Positions 9,448 to 17,401 of a DNA stretch of 64,000 nt are shown here, in pieces. Position 1 is the stretch's first letter. Each line of letters starts with the position of its first letter. The notes under the pieces are model-generated. The model saw nothing but the letters and a program-made list of their open reading frames with translations. It was not told the DNA's origin and did no database searches. The stretch is taken from contig CAWBNQ010000005.1 of NCBI GenBank assembly GCA_963790205.1, positions 1 to 64,000 on the forward strand, read 5' to 3'. This DNA is from Nitrospirota bacterium. Its GTDB lineage: Bacteria > Nitrospirota > UBA9217. A program made the translations under genes and the position numbers.

Positions 9448-9678
9448 ATGGCTTACTTATTGTGGAGGGTGTATTTGGACGTAAAAATTCTGATCAGAAA
9501 TGAAAAGGGTGATCCGCTCGCTGCTACATGCAGGGTTTGCGGTAAATTCACCCTGGACACGCGAGACTTTCTCTGCGCATCCTGCACATTTTGGCAGTTC
9601 ATGCGCTCTTTTTTTGCCCGTAGTGTAAGCGAAAGCGTACAAAACGATAAGGAGGACGACAATGTTTCAAAAAGCTGA
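9448..9678 (+). CDS. Small putative zinc-binding protein
   Basis: CRVC...CASC; overlaps the start of the sak4-like gene; start codon uncertain. Confidence 0.4.
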   Translation: MAYLLWRVYLDVKILIRNEKGDPLAATCRVCGKFTLDTRDFLCASCTFWQFMRSFFARSVSESVQNDKEDDNVSKS

Positions 9679-10558
9679 ACGGAAGAAAGCTCGCCTGCGG
9701 CTGGCGCTCTGCGGACCGGCAGGCAGCGGCAAGACTTACAGCGCGCTTCTGATCGCCCAAGGCCTCGGCGGAAGGATCGCGCTGATCGACACGGAACATG
9801 AAAGCGGATCGCTTTACGCCGACCTCTGTGAGTTCGACACCGCCTCACTCACCCCGCCGTACACCCCCGAGAAGTACCGGAACGCCATCGCCGCTGCCGA
9901 GGCAGCAGGCTACTCGATCCTGATCATCGACAGCTTTTCCCATGCATGGGCTGGGGAGGGCGGCCTCCTGGACATGCACGACAAGGCCGCTGCCGCCATG
10001 CGGAGCGGGAACAGCTTCACGGCATGGCGAGAGATCACGCCGCAGCACAACGCCCTGGTCGAGGCTGTTCTCGGGGCGCGGCTCCACGTTATCGCAACGC
10101 TCAGGACAAAGACGGCCTACGACCTCGTAGACGACGGCAACGGCAAGAAGAAGCCTGTCAAGATTGGGCTTGCTCCGGTCCAGCGCGAAGGCGTGGACTA
10201 TGAGTTCACCTGTGTATTCGACATGAGCATCGACAGTCACGTTGCCACGGCGAGCAAAGACCGCACGCGCCTGTTCGACGGCAAGCACTTCACTCCGGGG
10301 ATCGAGACCGGTCAGGCGCTCATGAACTGGTTGGAGACTGGCGTAGACGGGGACGCGAAGGCGGCGGCTGCGCGGGACGCGCTCGCGGCCCGGATCAATG
10401 CCATCCAAAACCTGTTTGAATTCCGCAACTGGTGGAAGAAGCACCAGGCGGAGATCGACGCCCTGCCGCTCATAGACCGGACTATCATCATCGACCTTAA
10501 GGAGCGGAGGAAATCCGAACTGGAGAAAGGAGAAGTCAAAGATGGCGCACTTGTATGA
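9662..10558 (+). CDS. Sak4-like phage recombinase (AAA_24/RecA-fold ATPase)
   Basis: KARLRLALCGPAGSGKTYSAL, IDTE and IIDSFSHAWAGEGG are typical of Sak4; strong RBS. Confidence 0.8.
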   Translation: MFQKAERKKARLRLALCGPAGSGKTYSALLIAQGLGGRIALIDTEHESGSLYADLCEFDTASLTPPYTPEKYRNAIAAAEAAGYSILIIDSFSHAWAGEGGLLDMHDKAAAAMRSGNSFTAWREITPQHNALVEAVLGARLHVIATLRTKTAYDLVDDGNGKKKPVKIGLAPVQREGVDYEFTCVFDMSIDSHVATASKDRTRLFDGKHFTPGIETGQALMNWLETGVDGDAKAAAARDALAARINAIQNLFEFRNWWKKHQAEIDALPLIDRTIIIDLKERRKSELEKGEVKDGALV

Positions 10559-11039
10559 ACTAAGCACCGAGCTTGCCACGATCAATGACGAGATCATCAG
10601 CGCGGACGGGGAGCTGACCCCGGACCTGGAGGCGCGGCTCGACTCCGTAGCCCTCGACTTCCGCGCGAAGTCCCAGGGCATTGCAAAGTGGACGCTCGAC
10701 ATCGCGGGCGTCGAATCTATGATCGAGACAGAGATAGCTCGGCTCCAGCGTAAGAAGAAGATTGCCGAGAATCTCCGGACGCGGCTCTTGGCATACGTCA
10801 AGGCCTGCATGGAACAGGCGGACGTGCAGAAGATAGAGTCCCCGACCATCACGCTCCGCATCCAAAAGAACCCGTCGAGCGTGGAGATCCTCGCGGAGGA
10901 CCAGCTCCCCGCAAAATTCATTCGCATCAAACAGATCACAGAACTCGACAAGACTGGAATGCTCGCAGCCCTCAAGAACGGCGAGGAAGTGTCAGGCGCA
11001 CGGCTTGTCACGGAGCGGACCCATCTTCGGATCAGATAG
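10542..11039 (+). CDS. Siphovirus Gp157 family protein
   Basis: LYELS..., coiled coil, IQKNPSSVEI, DKTGMLAALKNGEEVSGARLV...LRIR. Confidence 0.85.
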   Translation: MAHLYELSTELATINDEIISADGELTPDLEARLDSVALDFRAKSQGIAKWTLDIAGVESMIETEIARLQRKKKIAENLRTRLLAYVKACMEQADVQKIESPTITLRIQKNPSSVEILAEDQLPAKFIRIKQITELDKTGMLAALKNGEEVSGARLVTERTHLRIR

Positions 11040-11047
11040 GAGGCACC

Positions 11048-11218
11048 TTGGATAAGAAAGCGCTCTGGATCATCTACATCAACCCGGACTATCCGAAATG
11101 CGGCGACATGTTCACCGCAGTCAAAACGACGCCGAGGCAACTGGAAAAGGACATTGCCTTTGTGAAGTCACAGCACTCGTGCCAGGTCTTTATCGCGCAG
11201 GGGGTCGCGCTCCGATGA
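11048..11218 (+). CDS. 56-aa hypothetical protein
   Basis: GGAGG RBS then TTG; MDKKALWIIYINPDYPKCGDMF...VALR*; stop overlaps the next ATG. Confidence 0.5.
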   Translation: MDKKALWIIYINPDYPKCGDMFTAVKTTPRQLEKDIAFVKSQHSCQVFIAQGVALR

Positions 11219-11397
11219 TGGCTGACGGCTCGTTCGACCTGGACTTTCATTGTCCTGCCTGCAACATGGTCTGGCTTGTCACCTGCCGCGCGGACAACGC
11301 GGACGACCGCCCGGTGCCGTGCCACAAACCCGAGACCGAGTGTCCGCTCTGCGCAACACCCGGCGAAATGGGAAGAAGGAGGATAACAAGAGCATGA
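11215..11397 (+). CDS. Small zinc-ribbon protein
   Basis: CPAC...CPLC; ATGA overlaps on both sides. Confidence 0.55.
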   Translation: MMADGSFDLDFHCPACNMVWLVTCRADNADDRPVPCHKPETECPLCATPGEMGRRRITRA

Positions 11398-11615
11398 ACC
11401 CGGTAAGAATCCATGTGACATTCACTCAGACCTTGGACAAGGAACCGTTGGCAGTGCTGCACGGCCCATTTTACGGGGACTGCTCGGCGCACACACCGAA
11501 GCAGCTTCGCGCGATCGCCGCCACTCTCACGAAGATCGCGGACGATGCATTCGATCATCCGGCGACGAAGCGCACGTACAGGACAGTATCACGCGCCTAC
11601 GATGTGAAAGTCTAA
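11394..11615 (+). CDS. Hypothetical protein
   Basis: MNPVRIHVTF...; ATGA overlap with the upstream gene. Confidence 0.5.
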   Translation: MNPVRIHVTFTQTLDKEPLAVLHGPFYGDCSAHTPKQLRAIAATLTKIADDAFDHPATKRTYRTVSRAYDVKV

Positions 11616-11634
11616 CCATCGGGAAGGGGGAACA

Positions 11635-11865
11635 GTGAAGATATACGATCTGCTTTGGAAAAGGACTGAGGACAAAAACGGCAAGGCGAGATGGGAGAAG
11701 GTCGGCGTCCTGATGGACAAGGACGACGGCAAGAAGTCGGTCAAGATCGACCTCGTGCCGGCCAGCGGCTGGGACGGCTGGCTTGTCGTGGCGGAGCGCA
11801 GGCCGAAGGAAACGAACACGGAACAACACTCAGCGCCTCTTGACGAGGGCGAGATTCCATTCTAA
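11635..11865 (+). CDS. Small putative ssDNA-binding protein with an SSB-type acidic tail
   Basis: Aromatic beta-rich core (RWEKVG, WDGWL); C-terminus LDEGEIPF. Confidence 0.6.
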   Translation: MKIYDLLWKRTEDKNGKARWEKVGVLMDKDDGKKSVKIDLVPASGWDGWLVVAERRPKETNTEQHSAPLDEGEIPF

Positions 11866-11879
11866 AAGGAGAAACACGA

Positions 11880-12065
11880 ATGCAGAATGCAGAGTATGTG
11901 GCACAGAGGAATGCACTCATCCCCAGCGCCGTAGCATTTGCGAACAAGAAGGCCGGAAAGTACCCGCAGAGCAATGATGAACGTGACGCATGGAACCGGG
12001 CATATCATGGGAAGATGAATGACCTTGCGCGGACGATCAGCGTCGGCAGCCGGGCGAACAATTAA
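11880..12065 (+). CDS. Hypothetical protein
   Basis: AAGGAG RBS; in line with the operon. Confidence 0.5.
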   Translation: MQNAEYVAQRNALIPSAVAFANKKAGKYPQSNDERDAWNRAYHGKMNDLARTISVGSRANN

Positions 12066-12088
12066 CGAGAGATCAAAGGAGCGTGTAG

Positions 12089-12328
12089 ATGGATAAAGGA
12101 CAACAGGCTGTGGGTAACATCCTGCCGGAAACGGGACTTGTGAGATTATCTCAGATTCTCGGGGACAAGAAAAAGGGGATACCGCCGATCATCCCTATCA
12201 GCAAAAGCACCTGGTGGGCGGGGGTCAAGACCGGCCGTTATCCGCAGCCTGTGAAGTTATCGGATCGCTGCACGTGCTGGCACGTTGATGATATCCGGTC
12301 GCTGATAACCCGGCCACCGCAATCATGA
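12089..12328 (+). CDS. alpA: AlpA family regulator/excisionase
   Basis: VRLSQILG...ISKSTWWAGVKTGRYPQPVKLS...W. Confidence 0.85.
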   Translation: MDKGQQAVGNILPETGLVRLSQILGDKKKGIPPIIPISKSTWWAGVKTGRYPQPVKLSDRCTCWHVDDIRSLITRPPQS

Positions 12329-12456
12329 CGAGCCCCGCGATCCGGCGCAAAGCTTTGCCTTGCATCCTCGTAATGGATGCTGTATCATCGCATCATAACA
12401 CCACTCGGACAGCGACAGTTGCACCCCGGTTCAAAGGAATTTTAGGGGCGAAGTAG

Positions 12457-12552
12457 TGGGTGTAGTTTTGGGTATACGAAGAAAAATCGAATAGGAATAG
12501 TATAGGTAAATCATGCTGTTATAGGATCAGTTCGATTGCCTTCTCGCCACCA
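12457..12552 (+). other. att site: arm-type repeats plus tRNA 3'-end remnant
   Basis: TGGGTGTA (12457) and TGGGTATA (12469) direct repeats; CAGTTCGATTGCCTTCTCGCCACCA (12528-12552) looks like a T-loop to CCA end. Confidence 0.65.
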
Positions 12553-12699
12553 ATTCTTTTTTTCTTGTCTTTCCTATCGACCAACAGGCCGCGCGAGGCG
12601 GCCCGTACGAATTTTGTGTTTTTTCTATTCTGAAGACAAATTGTTTTTCGTTAAAAGCATTATGAAGCAAAGCCTTCTTTCTTTTGAGGATGCTCGTAC

Positions 12700-13554
12700 A
12701 TGAGGCCCAGGACGATCTTAGGAACTCCCGGCAAGCTCTCCAAGCCAATCCTTACACTTGTCGGATTTCTTCTCACGTTCCTTATCGGCCTGCTCGATTA
12801 TATAACCGGCTATGATTTCTCCGTTTCAGCCCTTTATTTGTTTCCCGTCATGCTGCTCGCCTGGTACGCGGGTGCAGTCCCTGCCATTCTGATATCAATT
12901 ATCAGCGCTGTCGTCTGGGCACTGGCCGATCTGGCGTCCGGACATATCTATTCCAGCAGCGCTATTCTCGTCTGGAATGCCCTCATGCTGCTCGGTATCT
13001 TTTTGATCGTCTCCTTTACCACTGCAGCAATGAAGAAATTGTCCATAAACGAACGCGACCATGACCACAACGATTATTGGACGAGAGTGACCAACGCGGG
13101 ACGTTTTTACGAACAGGTAAGCATGGAAATCGTCAGATCTGCCAGATATAACCGGCCCCTTACCATCGCTTACCTCGATATCGATAATTTAAAACGGGTG
13201 AATGATACCCTCGGGCGCAGCACGGGTGATGACCTTCTCCGGACAGTGGTAGCAACGATGAAGACGACGTTACGGTCAACGGATATTATTTCAAGACTCG
13301 GGGGTGATGAATTTGCCGTTCTTATGCCGGAAACAAAGCTGGAGTCTGCCACCGCAGCTACCTATAAGGTCAGGGATCAGCTGCTTGAAACGATGGGAAA
13401 GAACGGCTGGCCGATAACGTTCAGTATCGGTGTCGCTGTATGCTACAACCCGACCTGTACTGCACATGCACTGATCAAGAAAGCCGAGACCCTGATGTAC
13501 GCGGCCAAGAACAGCAGTAAGAATATGGTGAAATTTGAAATTATGGACTGGTAG
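12700..13554 (+). CDS. Membrane diguanylate cyclase
   Basis: N-terminal transmembrane helices; DIDNLKRVND and SRLGGDEF. Confidence 0.9.
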   Translation: MRPRTILGTPGKLSKPILTLVGFLLTFLIGLLDYITGYDFSVSALYLFPVMLLAWYAGAVPAILISIISAVVWALADLASGHIYSSSAILVWNALMLLGIFLIVSFTTAAMKKLSINERDHDHNDYWTRVTNAGRFYEQVSMEIVRSARYNRPLTIAYLDIDNLKRVNDTLGRSTGDDLLRTVVATMKTTLRSTDIISRLGGDEFAVLMPETKLESATAATYKVRDQLLETMGKNGWPITFSIGVAVCYNPTCTAHALIKKAETLMYAAKNSSKNMVKFEIMDW

Positions 13555-13786
13555 CGGCGATCAACAAGGCCGTCTCTCCCGCACCGTTCCCTCCTTGTAA
13601 GGAAAACACCGACAGAAAAAACAGAAAAATCCTACAAAAAAATCAGACGTTCCCCCGGCCCCTTCTCAATTCCGCGCTGTATACTAGCTGTATACTGAAT
13701 GAATTAAAACGATCAATTCATCTCCAGTCGGCCCATACTGTGTAACGAAATGGCAGTTGATCGGACTTTTAAGAGGAGGTATTGCC

Positions 13787-13975
13787 ATGTACAAAGTTGA
13801 GATTCTCGAGAGAAAGCGGCTGGAAAAGGGACTGAGCTACACTGAAATCGCGGAGAAACTGGGCATGCATAAAGTGACGGTGTCGAGAACGCTCAAGGGA
13901 ATGACCATGAAGCCCAGGACCGTGAAACTACTGGCGGATTATCTGAGCGTTGAAATGGAAGGGATTGTCCAGTAA
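13787..13975 (+). CDS. XRE-family HTH protein
   Basis: GAGGAGG RBS; GLSYTEIAEKLGMHKVTVSR. Confidence 0.8.
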   Translation: MYKVEILERKRLEKGLSYTEIAEKLGMHKVTVSRTLKGMTMKPRTVKLLADYLSVEMEGIVQ

Positions 13976-14103
13976 CCGCTCACGGCTCTTTTTTACTGAC
14001 AGCATAGTGACGCTTGTCGGGGAGAGCGAGGGGCATTTGTTGTGAATTCCCAAGATGAGTTCATCGCCTTCCGGACAGGGACGGGACAGGGCCTCGGCGA
14101 ATT

Positions 14104-14526
14104 TTAATGGATCTCCTCCCGGTCTTTTCTGAGGTAGTCGACCAGTGTCGCAACGATGCGCTCGGGGTCCTGAAGCGGCCCGCAAGGCTGCGAGTGTTCA
14201 ACCTGCTTCCGCAGGCATTCTTCTTCCGCCTGGTTAAGCGTGATGAACTGGATGCCGGCCCGGTATCCCAACCCGCTCTGTTTGCACCACACCAGAACGC
14301 CGTACTTTTGTCCGTACACGCAATCCTTGAACCAGATGATGCCGGGCTCGAGCGGCCGCTCGGACTCAATCCCGAGACCGGTTGCGCTGAGGTCCACGAT
14401 CCTGGCACAGTGGTCCATCCACTCGAGATTGTCGAACGTGATGACCCCAAGGGAACAGTCGCGCTGCAGGGCGACAGAGTGCCGTCTCAACCTTTTCCTC
14501 TGGCCGTCCTTCATTTCAGCCGTCAT
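14104..14526 (-). CDS. PilZ-domain protein
   Basis: RKRLRR and DLSATG motifs. Confidence 0.65.
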   Translation of the reverse strand: MTAEMKDGQRKRLRRHSVALQRDCSLGVITFDNLEWMDHCARIVDLSATGLGIESERPLEPGIIWFKDCVYGQKYGVLVWCKQSGLGYRAGIQFITLNQAEEECLRKQVEHSQPCGPLQDPERIVATLVDYLRKDREEIH

Positions 14527-14843
14527 AATGAAATCACCCCGCCGCGTGAAAGCAGCCGTGTTATTTTATAAGCGCTTGTCGAGTCCTTGTTGGTAATTTT
14601 TTTCCACTGTTCGTATTTTATTTCACGCCTGCAATGAAACGCTCCTGAGAAAAAAGCCCTGACAGCGTGTAACACATCATTTTGCAATAGTATTCCTAAT
14701 TGTACATATATACCTGCCTGAAAACAAGTATATTTTTATCAGGTCCGGCCGAGGAGCAGCGCGCCGATAAGCGATATACTAATTAATAAAGATGGTTCCC
14801 GTTAATTCAAAAAAGCAGGCCCTTCAAACTGAAAGGATACATC

Positions 14844-15722
14844 ATGAAAGAAATCATAGAATGGCTTATCGGGATGGAGCATCTGTCCGGCGAAATCTAC
14901 AACGATGCCGCAGGAATTTTTAAGGAGGACAAAGCTTTCGCAGAGTTGTTAAAGCATCTGGCGGAGGATGAGGCATGGCATTTTCATATCATGGCAAGCG
15001 CCGCTGAAATCATGCGCAGCGAGACCCGGAGGCCTTCGGCTATATCACTGTTCAGCGCTGCCAAGGCAAGGCTGGAAGCTCCTTTTCACGAAAACAGAAA
15101 AAAGATTTCATCAGGAACTCTGACAAAGGAACGTCTCCTCGACTGTATTGCAACGACGGAATTCTCGGAATGGAATGATATTTTCCTGTACGTAGTTAAT
15201 ATGCTGAAAGAAAAAAGACGGGAATTCACCTACGTTGCCTCGAAACTGGAACAACATAAGAAGTTGATTGAGCGGTATTTTGAAAAACTTTCGAACAATC
15301 GTCAATACCTCGATAAGATCCGGCACTTGCCGAAAGTATGGGACATGAGGATACTCATAGTGGAAGACTATGCCCCTCTACGTGAATTGCTGTCCGAGCT
15401 TCTTGCCTCGGAAGGGACTGTCGACACAGCCGAGAGTGGGCAAATAGGTCTGAAAAAATCGACTGAACAATACTATGACATCATACTGGCCGGCAGTATT
15501 TTGCCCGAGATGAAGGGCATTGAGTTTTTCGGACAGGCCGCTCTGCATGCCCCCCTCATAGCAGAGCGTTTTTTGTTTTTAACGGGCTTCAACGATGATG
15601 AGCACATCGACTTCGCAAAAAAGAATAAAATCAGATATCTGGCAAAGCCCTTTCTCCTGGATGAGCTCAGAGAGGTTGTACATGGCCTTCTTGCCAAAAC
15701 GCCGGCAAAAAGTCCCCTATGA
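14844..15722 (+). CDS. Ferritin/rubrerythrin-like domain fused to a receiver domain
   Basis: MEHLSGEIY...LAEDEAWH; C-terminal ILIVED...KPF. Confidence 0.7.
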   Translation: MKEIIEWLIGMEHLSGEIYNDAAGIFKEDKAFAELLKHLAEDEAWHFHIMASAAEIMRSETRRPSAISLFSAAKARLEAPFHENRKKISSGTLTKERLLDCIATTEFSEWNDIFLYVVNMLKEKRREFTYVASKLEQHKKLIERYFEKLSNNRQYLDKIRHLPKVWDMRILIVEDYAPLRELLSELLASEGTVDTAESGQIGLKKSTEQYYDIILAGSILPEMKGIEFFGQAALHAPLIAERFLFLTGFNDDEHIDFAKKNKIRYLAKPFLLDELREVVHGLLAKTPAKSPL

Positions 15723-15774
15723 ACGTACGGTGACGAAGCAGGATTTTCAAGAGCAAGAAGCAGAGGAGAACAAC

Positions 15775-16206
15775 ATGAAAAACAAGGTCATTCTTTTGGC
15801 GGAAGACAATCCCGACGACGTGCAGCTTACCCTGCGCGCGCTCAAGAAAAACAACATTCTGAACGAAGTGGTGGTGGCGCCGGACGGGGTCGAGGCCCTG
15901 GATTATCTTTTCGGAACAGGCAAGTACAAAGACCACGACACGAACGTCAAGCCCCAGGCGGTCCTGCTCGATATAAAAATGCCGCGGATGGACGGGCTCG
16001 AGGTATTAAGCCGGATACGCTCCGATGAAAGGACGAAACTCCTGCCGGTCATCGTTCTCACCACCTCGAGCGAGGATAAGGACCGGGTCGAAAGCTACAA
16101 GCTCGGAGCGAACAGCTATATCCGCAAGCCTGTGGACTTTAATCAATTCGCATCCGCGGTGCAGCAACTCGGGCTCTACTGGCTGGTCCTGAATGAAGGG
16201 CCCTGA
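15775..16206 (+). CDS. Single-domain response regulator (Rcp1-like)
   Basis: ILLAEDNPDD, LLDIKMP, LTTS, GANSYIRKP. Confidence 0.9.
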   Translation: MKNKVILLAEDNPDDVQLTLRALKKNNILNEVVVAPDGVEALDYLFGTGKYKDHDTNVKPQAVLLDIKMPRMDGLEVLSRIRSDERTKLLPVIVLTTSSEDKDRVESYKLGANSYIRKPVDFNQFASAVQQLGLYWLVLNEGP

Positions 16207-16564
16207 CGGGGGTAAGCTCGGGAATGAGTTAAAGTCGTCTTCTCTTTTCAGCAAATAAAGGCCCCGCATATTCCCCCTTCCGCCCATTCATCTCCGCCCG
16301 ATGGTCTTTCCGTATCTGTCGAAACTCTTCGGTAAAAATCCGTCTCGTCTTATGAGCTGCCCAAAAAAAACAAGGATCGCGATCGTCCATGATGTTCGGG
16401 ATCCTTTTTCTTTTTTCGCACCGCCGCTCCCGGAAGGGGTTTACACTGCCCACTCTGAGAGGAGAAGACTCTAAATAAAGTTCATCGTTCATTCTTGTCG
16501 TTTTTCAGCAGGTTTCGTGCTACAATATTTTTGCTTTTGATCATCTGGGGCGGAAGCGCCGGCG

Positions 16565-16998
16565 TTGAACAATGTTGACCAAACCGTCTCTTGTTTTAAG
16601 AAGGGCTTTAACTGAGCCCAGGCCGTGCTGTCTACGTACGGCCCGCGGTCCGGTCTGGACCGCGAGATGGCGTTAAAAGTCGCCGGGGCCTTCGGCGGCG
16701 GAATGGGGCGTCTGGGCGAGACCTGCGGCGCGGTTACCGGCGCGCTCATGGTCATCGGGCTCAAACACGGCAAGATTAAGGACGATGACGACGCGGCGCG
16801 GGAGAGGACGTATGAGCTGGTGCATGAATTCACAACCCGGTTCAGGGCCCGGAACGAGTCCATCCTTTGCCGGGAACTGCTGGGCCACGACCTTGCCACG
16901 CCTGAAGGCATGGAGGCCGTGGCGGATAAGCAGCTTTTACCGTGCTCTGCCCCCGGTTCGTCCGGCAGGCGGCGGAGATCCTGGAACAAATATTGTAA
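16565..16998 (+). CDS. C-GCAxxG-C-C family selenoprotein (Sec at 16613-16615); probable 1-nt indel near 16935
   Basis: KGFN-TGA-AQAV at the family's first Cys position; TCGAVTG, ILCRELLG, LCPRFV; SECIS-like hairpin at 16644-16664. Confidence 0.8.
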
Positions 16999-17008
16999 TT
17001 TTGAAATC

Positions 17009-17224
17009 TTATTTTTGCATCAGCGAAGCGATCGCCTTGAGGATGAGCAATCCCCACGGCGTTCCATGAAGGATGAGATCGAACCAGTCGATCGGCCTGA
17101 CGAGTTGGCCCCTCGCCAGCATCTGGAGCTTTTCCCAGATGTGCGGCGGATTGAACGGCGCGAGCCCCAGGGTCAGGCAGGCGAGAACGAGCATGCTCCA
17201 CGGCAGCTTGGATATGAATTCCAC
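17009..17224 (-). CDS. Small membrane protein
   Basis: AAGGAG RBS then GTG; LTLGLAPFNPPHIWEKL...DWFDLILHGTPW. Confidence 0.7.
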   Translation of the reverse strand: MEFISKLPWSMLVLACLTLGLAPFNPPHIWEKLQMLARGQLVRPIDWFDLILHGTPWGLLILKAIASLMQK

Positions 17225-17401
17225 GGCACCTCTCCTTAGCAGCGGGATACGCAACTGCTGCAATTATAGCATTGTTCGACCACGGTTGGCGATGTATGAT
17301 TTTTTTCTTATCCGGCAGTCTCTGCTTGAAAAAGTTTTTTTCCATTCATTATTGTCTGGTATACTGTTTAGCACACGCTCTACCTGGTTAAGGAAACCAT
17401 T

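Larger units (their letters stand above)
3141..12552. mobile_element. Terminal part of a tRNA-integrated element (ICE/IME or prophage-like island)
   Basis: Sak4/Gp157/AlpA genes, mosaic base composition, arm-type repeats and a tRNA 3'-end remnant at 12528-12552. The integrase is not in the window. Confidence 0.75.

Noticed and set aside
12528..12552. Complete tRNA gene
   Set aside because: Only a T-loop-to-CCA remnant; no D arm or anticodon arm upstream.
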